Position numbers and translations under genes: made by a program. Positions 39,840 through 52,669 of a stretch of DNA of 64,000 bases are shown here, in pieces (position 1 is the stretch's first letter; the number at the start of each line of letters is the position of its first letter). The notes below the pieces were generated by a model. It was not told the origin of the DNA. It searched no databases and saw only the letters and a program-made list of their open reading frames with translations. Source of the DNA: Haliotis rubra (Eukaryota); assembly GCF_003918875.1 (NCBI RefSeq), contig NW_025767024.1, positions 558,001-622,000 on the forward strand, in the 5' to 3' direction.

Positions 39840-42800
39840 TTATTTCACCCAAACCTCGCCAGATATAATGGTTCCTGTAGGATTTGCTTCATATAAACTA
39901 CAGGTGCCCGACAGGTATGTGAAAAGGACGCACTCAGACATCATTTCACAAAGAGCCGAGCAACTTGGTCTACTAGACAGTTGTCGTGAGTAGACATGCG
40001 AGAATGTGTTTACACTGTTCATCCTCTGGCGGAAACCGGAACTGACGTTCCGACAGGAAACTAGGAAATCAATCTTTGCTTGCTGAAATGCCGACAGGCT
40101 GGAGTTGGTTGGTGTAGCTGTTGTTGTTACTGTGGTTGAGGATGAGGATAGGGATGATGGAGAATACATGGGCTCACTTGTAGACGTTGAAGTCCAGGTT
40201 GTGGTCGGTTCAGCTGATGTTGAAGCTGAAGTTGATGTAGACGTTGAAGCGGTCGGCTCAGCTGATGTTGAAGCTGAAGCTGACGTTGACGTGGACGTTG
40301 AAGCTATCGGTTCACTTGATGTTGACGCTGAAGTTGATGTAGACGTGGAAGTGGTCGGTTCACCTGATGTTGAGGAAGAAGTTGATGCAGACGTTGAACT
40401 GGTCGGTTCAGCTGATGTTGACGCTGAAGTTGATGTAGACGTTGAAGTTGTCGGTTCACCTGATGTTGATGGTGAAGTTGGTGTAGACGTTGAAGTGGTC
40501 GGTTCACTTGATGTTGACGCTGAAGTTGATGTAGACGTTGAAGTTGTCGGTTCACTTGATGTTGACGCTGAAGTTGATGTAGACGTTGAAGTTGTCGGTT
40601 CACCTGATGTTGATGGTGAAGTTGGTGTAGACGTTGAAGTGGTCGGTTCACTTGATGTTGACGCTGAAGTTGATGTAGACGTTGAAGTTGTCGGCTCAGC
40701 TGATGTTGATGGTGAAGTTGATGTCGTTGAAGTTGTCGGTTCATTTGATGCTGACGCTGAAGTCGGCACGCTTGTAGTTGTAGCCGACACAGTAGCTGAA
40801 ATAATTATATGATATACATGCTCAGATCATCACCACCACCATCATCATGAACATCCTCCCCCTCATCATCAACAACAATAACATTAGTCGAGAAGTGCTA
40901 CGACACTACGACTGAGACCTATCTCTACGACCGCCTCCGTGGTGTAGTGGTAAGAGCGTCTGCCCGGAGTGCGGAAGGTCGCGGGTTCGATCCCCGACCG
41001 CGTCATACCAAAAGACGTTAAAATATGGTACTTGTTGGTCCCTTCCTGGCGCTCGGCATTAATGGGTACAACAAGGACTGGTCGGCTCGGAGTCAGTATA
41101 ATGTGTCTGAGTGGGGTATTCATGCTTCACTGCGGCATGGTATCTCAGTGAGCTAGCACTATAAAACCAGCTTCAGTCTGGGCTAGTACAAGCAGCCACA
41201 CATACACATACACACGCATGCACGTCGTCATATGAGCGAAATATTCTCAAGCACGACGTTAAACCCAATTCCACCACCACCACCACCACCACCTATCTCT
41301 ACTGTCATCCCGGAAGACAGTATTCTGACCAGCTGCTAAACACGTATAAGGCACTGAAAAAGGTTAATCGAGAATTGTAGTTAAGATCAAAAGGATGAAA
41401 TAAACGTAAGCCTATGCAAAGTCTTGACCACATTCCGTTCATCCCGGGATATTCAGAATATTCATATCCATTGACAACATAATGTAGAGCCGAGGCAGGT
41501 TTCCATGTAAGAGGCGACTAACGAGGTTGGGTGGTCAGGCTCACTGACTTGGTTGAAACTTGTCATCGTATCCTAATTGCGTAGATCGATGCTTATGTTG
41601 TTGATCACTGGATTGTCTGGTCCAGACGCGATCATTTACAGACAGCCACCAAATAGCTGGAATATTGCTGCGTGCATCATTAACCCAACCAACCAATCAA
41701 CCAACCAACCAATCAATCAACCAACCAACCAATCAACCAACCAACGTGGACTGGTGCTCAACCTGTTAGACCGCCTGTATGTAGCTTGAATATTCTTGAG
41801 TGCGGTGATAAATATAAAAAAAGAAATATGATAATGTTCTACTTACTTTGGCCCGAGCCGCTACTCTCTGTGTCACCGGAACCTACAGAGGAAATATATA
41901 TTATCACAACACTCCTCTATAAGAAAGTAGCTGCTATTTGTCTGGATGTAATAATCAGTGAAATTATTTATATGCTGTCATATTGGAAGAATCGTATGTC
42001 ATAATTCTCTGCCAACTCAATAGACGTGCAGAGAACAACCAACAAACATGTTTGTTATGTAGTTGGAGTGCTCTTTAGTGCTGAGATAAACGAAGAAAGA
42101 AAGAAAAATATAAGCGTAATGTTTTCCGTTACTTCGACCCGAGTCGCTACTCTCTACGGGTGTAGTTGTCTCACCATAACCACTTGCTGAAGACCCGTGA
42201 AGGCCCGGGTTAGAATGAGCCTTCAGTAACCAATGCTTGTCGTAAGAGGCGACTAACGGGATCGGGTGGTCAGGCTCAATGACTTGGTTGACACATGTCA
42301 TCGTATCGTAATTGCGTAGATCGATGCTCATGTTGTTGATCACTGGATTGTCTGGTCCAGACGCGATCATTTACAGACAGCCACCAAATAGCTGGTATAT
42401 TGCTGCGTGCAGCGTTAACCCAACCAACCAATCAACCAACCAACCAACCAACGTGGACTGGTGCTCAACTTGTTAAACCGCCTGTATGTAGCTGGAATAT
42501 TCTTGAGTGCGGTGATAAATAAAAAAGAAAGAAATATAATAATGTTTCTACTTACTTTGACCCGAACCGCTACTCCCTGTGTCACCGGAACCTACAGAGG
42601 AAATATATATATTATCACAACACTCCTCTATAAGAAAGTAGCTGCTATTTGTCTGGATGTAATAATCAGTGAAATTATTTATATGCTGTCATATTGGAAG
42701 AATCGTATGTCTTAATTCACTGCCAACTCAAAAGACGTGCAGAGGATAACCAACAAACATGTTTGTTATGTAGTTGGAGTGCTCTTTAGTGCTGAGATAA

Positions 42801-45800
42801 ACGAAGAAAGAACGAAAAATATAAGCGTAATGTTTTCCGTTACTTCGACCCGTATTCGCTACTCTCTACGGGTGTAGTTGTCTCACCAGAACCACTGGCT
42901 GAAGACCCGTGAAGGCCCGGGTTCAGTAACCCGTGCTTGTTGTAAGAGGCGACTAACGGGATCGGGTGGTCAGGCTCACTGACTTGGTTGACACATGTCA
43001 TCGGTTCCCAATTGCGCAGATCGATGCTCATGTTGTTGATCACTGGATTGTCTGGTTACAGACCGCCGCCATATAGCTGGAATATTGCTGAGTGCGGCGT
43101 AAAACTAAACTCACTCACTCGCTGAAATGTATACAATCACAACACGCGTTCATTAGTAAGTAGTTTACGTGCTTCGAGGAATTACGAGTTATTTATCCCG
43201 ATGTAATAATTTAATTGTTAGTGACATTATTTATATGCTAATATATTTCAAGAATCTTAAACTAAATTCTGTGTGAACTCAAAAGACATGTAGAGAGTAA
43301 CAACAAAAATGTTTGTGGTTTTAATGCCATTATCACGTGTGACCCTGTTTGGGATGCATGTCTGATGTCAAACGAGAGGCAGCGGTAGTGTTTAGGAGAT
43401 ACCAGATGACTAAAGACATGCTGTATCTTAGCTCATTGATTTGTTTGATGCATGTCATCGTATACAAATATACGTGGATCGATGCTCAATATGTCAATCA
43501 CCGAATTGCCTGGTCGAGGCCCGATTACTGTCAGACCAGCGTTATGCGGAGAGTTCTTTACTGCAGAGATAAATGTAAAAAAACAAACAAATAATAATAT
43601 TTCCACTTACTTTGACCAGAGCCGCTACCCTCTACGGGTGCAGTCGCGGTATCAGTATCAGCGGCTGAAATACATAATAACAACACTTATGCATCAAAAT
43701 ATACCTACGATGCTTCGCGTAATTACCACTTGTTTGTAATAAGATGTGAAATTACTCATATGCTATTACATTTGAAGAATCGTATGTTTAAAGTCTGCGT
43801 TAACTAAAAAAGGCGCAGAGAATAACAAACATTTGGGTTCAATAGATCAATGTCATTATCACGTATTTCGCTATTCGTGTTTGCAAAATAGCTATAGGGC
43901 ACATGACGATAGTTTTCAGCAAGCCGTGAAGATCACATAAAGACTCGGTCTTCAGGGACCATGTTTGCCGTTAGTGTCAGCTAATGCCGTAAATTTTCTT
44001 GGCTGGCTGATTGGGTTTATGCATGCCATCGTATAGCAATATGCGTGTATCGATATGACTGGATTGCCTGATTCAGACCCGATTACATAGACAACCATTA
44101 TGTATACTATAAGGGTAATGCTATTTTTGAGGGCATTATCATTTGCTGAAGCCCGAGGTGTTCCATTAACTGCCCGACGAAGGAGGGCAGTTGAAAAGAC
44201 CGAGGGCTTCTGCAAATGATAATGCCCTCAAAAATAGCATTACCGCTCATAATTGCTAAAATACATGGAATTTGTGTTGAAAAGAAAAGGAAACAATGAA
44301 GGAATTTGACTGTAAGTTTACCAAAATCAACTTCTGACGGGCCTGACTGCCCGAATGCAATTACGTCATCGAACAATTCAAGTGACGTCACAACAGAAAG
44401 TGACGATATTCGACCTTGGCCTTTGACAAGACCATAGCCTGCAACATGTCAAGCTATGACAGTGTTCGGTTTTGGTCCATCAACAGTCTTAATAGTGCAA
44501 TTGTTAAGGTTAGCACCAGCAAGAAAGCCAATATTACCGCTATTTGAAGCGGGAATTCGGGTTGCTTTGACTTGTTTGACCCAGAATATCTGCCAGTCGA
44601 AAGCAAATTAATGTCGAACTATGACGTCACTTGACAACAGAACTGATAGTGGCCCGTCGTTAAGGTTGAGCGGTCCAATATCATTTGCAGCGGACCGCAA
44701 ATTTCTGATAATGGGAGGGCCGTTTCATGATAATTCCATGTATTTTAGCTATAATACTGGAATAAAGTAACTGTGCATTATTTGATGCTATTCCATTTTT
44801 AATGCAAAAATGATTTGTGGTGTTTTTCTTAATCACTGTTTAACTGTTGACAGGATAATATCGAAATCTATATGATTAGACACTAGGCATCGTGGCACGC
44901 CCTTGAACAGATGTGGTGTCAAAATTCAGTTCACAAATTCAGTATCGTGTGTGTCCACCATTGGTGTTGATGCAGGTTTGATAACGACGACGCATAGACG
45001 CCACTAAGCGATTGAAGAAAGCTTGGGAATATTGCTCCATGTCTGAACCAACGCTTGTCCCAATTCAGCTAACGTCAATGATTGATTCTTGGCTTGACGT
45101 AAACGGCGCTCCATTTCACCCCAAACGTGCTCGATAGGAGACAGGTCCAGAGAAAGAGCTGGCCAGGGGAGTACCGGAATGTTCTGCTGTCTCAGGCAAT
45201 CTGTCACAACACGAGCAACATGTTGACGGGCATTATCTTGCTGAAGCGTGAAGTTACATCTTTGTCCTTGGATGGACGGCTGCACACGAGACCCAATGAT
45301 CTTATCTCTGTATCGCAGTCAGATTGTCATTTACAATGACAAGTTGTGTCCCGCCATGAGATGTGATGACACCACATACCATTACGTTGTCGCCACCAAA
45401 CTGTCGACGATGAACAACGCACACGTCAGCATACCGTTCACCTCGCCGTCTGTACCACCCTTACCCTGCCACCTGAGCTGTCCAGATGAAATCTCGTCTC
45501 GTCAGTGAACAAACCACCATCCCAGTCTTGTCCCTTGTACCATAGATGTCTTCACTAGGCAAGACGTGGATGTCGGTGACGTTGGAGCAAAATTGGGCCA
45601 ACAGGGTCAGATGTTGTGCTCCCTCAGTCGGTTCTGTACAGTCCTGGGCCTAGATTTTCGAAGCTCTCTTAGCGCTAAGATAGTCGTAAGTTAATGTTAA
45701 TGTATGGCACTTGCGACTATCTTAGCGCTAAGAGAGCTTCGAAAATCTAGGCCCTGGAACTGATTGGAGCTAAGCCAGGAATGGTCCCAGCACTCAAACT

Positions 45801-48800
45801 GGTAGTCTGGAATCGATTCCTTAGATGTGTCTTTCTGACGTAACGTCACGCGTGGGCGGCCGGTCCCATGCAAATCTCTCTCGTGTTCCCGTTATGTTGA
45901 AAACGTCTCCATAGAGATGAGATCGTGTTTCGATGGACACCAAAAAGTCTGGCCCCTTCATTATGGGCCATTCCAGTCTCCAGTATACCCACGACACGGA
46001 AACGCTGATTTTCTGTAAGCCATGACTTGACGTACGCGCAGTTTAGGTTGAACTTAACGTGTTTTCCACAACAGTCAGAGGCTAGAGAATAATCAGCCGT
46101 TCTTCAAATTTGAAAATCAGGTGTGTGAACTTCGGGTGTCAAAGTCACGATATGGCTGAAATATTGCCGATGTGACGTTAAATGATAACTCACTCACTCA
46201 CTCGGGTGTTCATTGTGCACAAAAGTATTCCTGAGTGCGGAGGAGTGCAATCAATCAATCAATCAACATAGTGTTTCCACTTACTTTGACCCGAGCCGCT
46301 ACTTTCTACGGGGGCAGCTACCGAACCGGAACCTTCAGCTGAAATATATGTAGTCACAACTCTCATTCATAACAAAGTACCATACGTGCTTCGGGGAAAT
46401 GCCACCTATATACCCGGGTGCAATAACATATGTTATTATGATTGTAGTCCAATGATTGGTAATGAAAAGAAACAAAAACTAATCGAGCAAAACAGTGAAG
46501 ATTAATTCAGCTGACCATGAAAGAAAGATGGAGTCAAATTGGAAAGTCAGTAACGTGTATGACCACCGTTAGCAGCATCACAAGTTGTGCAACGTCTCCT
46601 CATTGAACTGATAAATCTCTGAATAATGTTTTGAGGCAATGCATTCCACTCTTGTTGCAAGGCATTCTCAAGTTCCCCAAGATTGTTGATCTGTGGGCGA
46701 CGTGAGAGGCGTTGGCCGATGTATTTGATGCTCGTGGTAGTCACACTAGATACTGAAGTCAAGAGTCTGAATGGTCTGCAAACGTTTACGTAATGTCTTG
46801 ACATTGTGCTGAGTTATTTATTGATGTGTCAAGATATTGTACACAAAAATGTTTTTGCTCCGCTTATTATGTCAATTTCTGTAATGATTTGATTACAGTG
46901 CCTATCTAATTTTGAATTCGTACTGATATCTTTTATGCTGCTGAGTATATTTCAAGAATCTTAAAGTAAATTCTGTGTGAACTCAAAAGACATGTAGACA
47001 GTAACAACAAAAATGTTTGTGGTTTTAATGCCATTATCACGTGTGACCCTGTTTGGGGCTGATACAAGCGAGGCAGCGGTAGTGTTTAGGAGATACCAGA
47101 TGACTAAAGACATGCTGGTCATTTATCTTGGCTCACTGATTTGTTTGATGCATGTCCTTAGATCTGTCTTTCTGACGTAACGTCACGCGTGGGCGCCCGG
47201 TCCCATGCAAATCTCTCGTGTTCCCGTTATGTTGAAAACGTCTCCATAGAGATGAGATCGTGTTTCGATGGACACCAAAAAGTCTGGCCACTTCATTAGG
47301 GGCCCATTCCAGTCTCCAGTATACGGAGACGCTGATTTTCTGTAAGCCGTGACTTGACGTGCGCGCAGTTTAGATTGAAATTAACGTGTTTTCCACAACA
47401 GTCAGAGGCTAGAGAATAATCAGCCGTTCTTCAATTTTCAATATCAGGTGTGTGAACTTCGGGTGTCAAAAAGCATGCAAAAATGAGTAAGTTCATTGTG
47501 CACAAAATGCACTTGCCATACTGATACATCAAATTTCATGCAAAGTGCTTTGCTACATGGCATTGTTTAATTAGGGTTATTGTAACTTTTCAAATGACTT
47601 TTATTTATGCAACTTTATGTTATGCACTTTTTTCCGTTAGTATGGTTGAAGTATTCCTGAGAGCGGAGGAGTGCAATCAATCAATCAACCTATCAATCAA
47701 TCAATCAATCAACATAGTGTTTCCACTTACTTTGACCCGAGCCGCTACTTTCTACGGGGGCAGCTACCGAACCGGAAACTTCAGCTGAAATATATGTAGT
47801 CACAACTCTCATTCATAACAAAGTACCATACGTGCTTCGGGGAAATGCCACCTATATACCCGGGTTCAATAACATATGTTATTATATACTGAACATCACT
47901 GAACACGCACCACCTGTATTAGTTTGGATTTCCAAGAGCATAAATGAGCAATCGGTGTAAATTTTACATACCTTTGTAGTCCAATGATTGGTAAAGAAAG
48001 GAAACAAGAACTAATCCAGCAAAACAGTGCAGTTTTAATTCAGCTGACCATGAAAGAAAGATGGAGTCAAATTGGAAAGTCAGTAACGTGTATGACCACC
48101 GTTAGCAGCAACACAAGCTGTGCAACGTCTCCTCATTGAACTGATAAGTCTCTGAATAATGTTTTGAGGCAATGCATTCCACTCTTGTTGCAAGGCATTC
48201 TCAAGTTCCCCAAGACTGTTGAAATGTGGTCGACGTGAGAGGCGTTGGCCGATGTAATCCCACAAGTGTTCAATGGGAGACAAATCGGGTGACAATGCAG
48301 GCCATGGCAGTAGAGGAATGTTGTTGTTTGCCAGAAACTGTGTTGCAACACGTGCAGTGTGCGCACGAGCATTGTCCTGCTTGAATGTGTGCAGATCTTG
48401 ATGTTGGTTAAAGAAGGGAACGACGTTGTCCTGAAGAATGGTGTCACGGTAGTAAAGGGCATTCACTCTGTCACGACAAACTACCAAAGCGGTTTTAGGA
48501 TGATAACTGATTGCTCCCCACACCATAATGCTTGCTCCACCCCACCGATCTGTTTGCACAACACAGTCCTGATGGTAACGTTCTCCCCGTCGACGCCCGT
48601 CAGCATTTCGCAAGTGAAAACGTGACTCGTCGGAGAACACAACACCATGCCAACGTCGTAACAACCACAAACGATGCTGTCAACATTATGCAGTGGCCAG
48701 CCCTTAGTCCTGATTTAAACCCAATTGAACATCTTTGGGATGAAATTCAGTCACAACGATACTGAAGTCAAGAGTCTAATTGTTTAATTAGGGTTATTGT

Positions 48801-48890
48801 AACTTTTCAAATAACTTTTATTCATGCAACTTTATGTTATGCACTTTTTTCCGTTAGTATAGTTGGAGTATTCTTGCAATTGAGTGCGGA

Positions 48891-48944
<54 letters not shown>

Positions 48945-49491
48945 CATAGTGTTTCCACTTACTTTGACCCGAGCCGCTACTTTCTACGGGGGCAGCTACC
49001 GAACCGGAAACTTCAGCTGAAATATATGTAGTCACAACTCTCATTCATAACAAAGTACCATACGTGCTTCGGGGAAATGCCACCTATATACCCGGGTTCA
49101 ATAACATATGTTATTATATACTGAACATCATTGAAAACGCACCACCTGTATTAGTTTGGATTTCCAAGAGCATAAATGAGCAATCGGTGTAAATTTTACA
49201 TACCTTTGTAGTCCAGTGATTGGTAAAGAAAGGAAACAAGAACTAATCCAGCAAAACAGTGCAGTTTTAATTCAGCTGACCATGAAAGAAAGATGGAGTC
49301 AAATTGGAAAGTCAGTAACCTGTATGACCACCGTTAGCAGCAACACAAGCTGTGCAACGTCTCCTCATTGAACTGATAAGTCTCTGAATAATGTTTTGAG
49401 GCAATGCATTCCACTCTTGTTGCAAGGCATTCTCAAGTTCCCCAAGACTGTTGAAATGTGTGTTGGAGTATTCTTGCAATTGAGTGCGGAG

Positions 49492-49529
<38 letters not shown>

Positions 49530-52500
49530 AAATCAATCAATCAATCAACATAGTGTTTCCACTTACTTTGACCCGAGCCGCTACTTTCTACGGGGGCAGC
49601 TACCGAACCGGAACCTTCAGCTGAAATATATGTAGTCACAACTCTCATTCATAACAAAGTACCATACGTGCTTCGGGGAAATGCCACCTATATACCCGGG
49701 TGCAATAACATATGTTATTATATTTTAAGAATCTTATGTCTAAATTGTGTGACAACTCAAAAGGCGTGCAGAGAATAACCAACAAGCATGTTTGTTCTTT
49801 TATAAATCCATGTCATTATCACGTCTGGCCCATAGGCCCTCGTGTCTTTGCGAAGATTAAAGATTAAAAAAAATTAATTGAGATGACCCCCAACTCGAAA
49901 TGCCTCACAGTACAATACATCATGACAAGGTCATAATGTATTGTACTGTGAAGCATTTCGAGTCGGGGGTCATCTCAAAAATTCTTTTTAAAATCTTTAA
50001 TCCTCGCAAAGACACGAGGGCCTGTGGTGGGCCCTCTGTTGGGATGATACAGGCGAGGCAGCGGTAGTGTTTAGATGTTGACTAATGATATTCGGGGGCT
50101 CAAGGCCCGATTACCTTCTGACTGTCGTTATGCAGTTGGTATATTCTTGTATGTGGGGATAAATAAAACAAACAAACAAACAATAAGCGTATTAATGTTT
50201 CCGATTACTTTGACCCGAAAGGCTATTCTCTCCAGGGTCACTTATCGATCCGGAACTTTCAGCTGAAATGTATATAGTCACAACTCTCAGTCATAACAAA
50301 GTAGCTTACGTGCTTCGAGGAAAAACCAGCAGGCATGTCTGTGGTTCCATAGATCAATGTCATTATCACGTGTGGCCCTCTTTAGGGGACGTACAGGTGA
50401 GGTGATTGTAAGATACCAGATGACTAAAGACATCCTGGGGGATCGACGTTGTTCCAAATGTCAAATTAACATTGACCCAACTCAGTATGTGTTACGACTT
50501 GTTCTGGTCCTGTCGTAAGGGTCGGTCCATCTGATTCCAGATAATTGACTTGTGCTATGAAAACCGTTATGCTACTAATTTAAGAAGTGCCTCCAACGTC
50601 CCACATGAAAAGAGTCTAAGTGATTTAGATATTTCCATTTGTTGCTATCATCTTGAAGTTCATTTTATGTTTAAATGTCCTATTTCTTATGATGTGAGAG
50701 AGACATATTGCCATACATACAGTTTAAGATAAAAGACCCGCTTATGTACACACTCAATTCTGAAGATTCATCGGCCTCAGTAAGTGTTTAAAATATGCCA
50801 AAGAGGCTTTATCTATACGTTCCTCACTATTATGATAGTATACCCTTCATCTGTACAGCTTTTGAACCACCACCACCACGGTGTATGTATTTATTGTTTG
50901 TTATGTAATGTATACGGACTTGTGGCCTCTATACTGAATAAGCTTCTTCTTCAATGGCCTGTTCATCGCTGCTCACATCTATATGTGATTTTCAGATTTT
51001 ACTTGGAAATTCGGGACTCAGACACATTGTTTTACTCGAACGTTTCACATGTTAAATGAGAGTCATGCTAAATTAAAGGACACCACACCACACCACACCA
51101 CACCACACCACACCACACCACATCGAAGTTAAACCACACCACATGTAAAAGAATTTGTCCACTTACCTGGGCCGCCCAGGCTGTTTGTAGCTGCAAATTT
51201 CCCAAAACGTATTATAAAACCAATTATTCATAGTATACTTACATACAGTCTTTTCATAAATACATTTTGCCATCGAATGGTTTGACAAAACGGTTTTATG
51301 ATATTAATGTCTGTGTCAGTTAGAATCAATGTCTAACAATACAAACATATGTGGCAACCTCAAATTTTAACGTTTCCAGTTTGGTCAAACTGGGTTCTTT
51401 CTTAAACCACGTGGTTTTAACATAACTGGATTGTCTGGTTTAGGCTTAACTGTTTGAAGGCCGCTGTCGTAAGTGACCGTTCATAATTTATGGCTGGGGG
51501 TTGTGGTGATGATTTTATATGGGGAAACATGTACAATGGGAATGACAAACACACACACACACACACACACACCCAATAAATTATGCACCCCCATGTCATC
51601 TACAAAATCCACCACCCCCGTGATTTTTAAGCATAATATGTTAATATTTTTATGTACAAAATTGCTGACACCCCCCACCCAACCCTCACCCCGTACATGT
51701 GTACAAAATTGATGACCCGCCCTATCTCCCCAGAACAAAATGGGTGACATACACACGCACTCACATACGCACGCACGCACACTCGCACACGCACACCTAT
51801 TAAACTCATCATCACCCCACCCCACCCACCCCACCACCCCCAAGCCATAAATTATGAACGCTCCCTATGGCAGGAATATCCCTGGGTGCAGAGCTAAGCA
51901 GTAAAGACTTACACTTTTGGTAATTGCGTGTATAGTTACAGGATGTGCCTACTCTCTTCCCGAAACCGTGCGTCATCACTTATCTTCACTGATCCATTAA
52001 TATGATCCTAATTACTGGTTTTATTATATTTATGTTCCATGGAATCTGTTCCGAGGTTGTCCTTTGGCGCTGATGTTTTATATACAGCTCAAAACAACAT
52101 ACAGAACATCCTCAATTGGGGTACAATATTCTTATTCGAAATATCATCGTAAGGATGCGAAAGTCACATTAACTTAGTGCGCCTAGTGGCTGCAAGAGAT
52201 GTATACTCCCCAGGGAGTTGAGATTAAAAATACGATGTGCTGTTGAGATTGACATCCAATGATCGGGGCGGTGGGGTAGCCTAATGGTTAAAGCGTTGGC
52301 TCGTCACGCCGAAGACCCGGGTTCGAATCCCCACATGGGTACAATGTGTGAAGCCCATTTCTGGTGTCCCCCGCCGTGATGTTGCTGGAATATTGCTAAA
52401 AGCGGCGTACTCAGTCAGTCAGTCCAATGATCGAGGGAAAATATACCAGCGCCTTGAGCATGTACTAGTTGCGTGGATATGTGCGCTATATTAATATCCT

Positions 52501-52669
52501 GTAATTATAATTATAATATCATCATATCGTACGCAAACAAGGTAGCAACTAAACTAATTAGTTTGCCTGGTGTTTGACATTCAAATGAAGGTGTACACGT
52601 ACCTCGAGCCTGTTTCCACAACAAAGCCATCGTCATCATCATAACCATCATCATCAAAAAGCGAACCAT
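39840..52669 (-). CDS. Secreted mucin/proteoglycan-like protein with Ser-Gly micro-exon array and C-terminal PAN/apple-like domain (~500 aa)
   Basis: Signal exon 52669-52603 (MVRFLMMMVMMMTMALLWKQAR); 24-nt exon 51190-51167; phase-1 micro-exons 50262-50209, 49620-49567, 49016-48963, 47784-47731, 46338-46285, 43664-43611, [42898-42844, 55 nt], 42591-42556, 42186-42133, 41882-41847; terminal exon 40795-39840 (T/S repeats then CSALCEMMSECVLFTYLSGTCSLY); AATAAA at 39550-39545. The terminal exon is firm; which micro-exons are included is inferred. Confidence 0.75.
40190..40770 (-). repeat. Coding 48-bp tandem repeat (EPTTSTSTSTSASTSS)
   Basis: 16-aa periodicity in ORF 39840-40790. Confidence 0.9.
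40929..41290 (+). mobile_element. tRNA-derived SINE family C (~350 bp)
   Basis: tRNA-like head GTGGTGTAGTGG...GGTTCGATCCC; TSD ACCTATCTCTAC (40917-40928, 41291-41302); second copy at 55278-55629(-). Confidence 0.88.
44114..44245. repeat. Inverted repeat (probable transposon terminus)
   Basis: GGTAATGCTATTTTTGAGGGCATTATCATTTGCTGAAGCCC pairs with GGGCTTCTGCAAATGATAATGCCCTCAAAAATAGCATTACC. Confidence 0.7.
44939..46130 (-). mobile_element. Degenerate Tc1 transposon
   Basis: LQQDNARQH, WPALSLDLSPIEHVW, NGGHTRY* on the minus strand; interrupted by a MITE. Confidence 0.88.
45647..45753. mobile_element. Palindromic MITE (Harbinger-like, CTG TSD) nested in Tc1
   Basis: ~45-bp TIRs GGCCTAGATTTTCGAAGCTCTCTTAGCGCTAAGATAGTCG; CTG on both flanks. 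Confidence 0.8.
47887..48670 (-). mobile_element. Tc1 transposase 3' fragment; shorter copies at about 46440-46725 and 49097-49460
   Basis: VVFSDESRF, FKQDNARAH, SPDLSPIEHLW, NGGHTRY* (DD34E-type motifs). Confidence 0.9.
49830..50027. mobile_element. ~195-bp near-perfect palindromic MITE
   Basis: Folds back along its whole length around GACAAGGTC at about 49929; absent from the homologous intron unit near 50370. Confidence 0.8.
51472..51868. mobile_element. MITE with CGTTCATAATTTATGGCT inverted ends
   Basis: TIR core at 51478-51495 and 51843-51860; internal part related to 8620-8750. Confidence 0.7.
52265..52422 (+). mobile_element. tRNA-derived SINE family A with TSD
   Basis: TSD TCCAATGATC. 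Confidence 0.88.

Noticed and set aside
40105-40812. 235-aa Val/Asp-rich plus-strand ORF and 146-aa Gln/His-rich alternative-frame ORF
   Set aside because: Shadow frames of the Thr/Ser coding repeat; only the T/S frame connects to a splice acceptor and the Cys domain.
44245-44760. Possible Crypton-like remnant next to the inverted repeat
   Set aside because: Only a vague peptide resemblance (LAGANLNNCTI); no recombinase catalytic motifs visible.
51913-51990. Possible additional phase-1 micro-exon of the mucin-like gene (GTAAGT donor at 51912)
   Set aside because: No convincing acceptor with a pyrimidine tract and no similarity to the other micro-exons; needs RNA data.
52265-52335. tRNA gene-like cloverleaf
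   Set aside because: Head of a multi-copy SINE with body, tail and TSD; not a tRNA gene.
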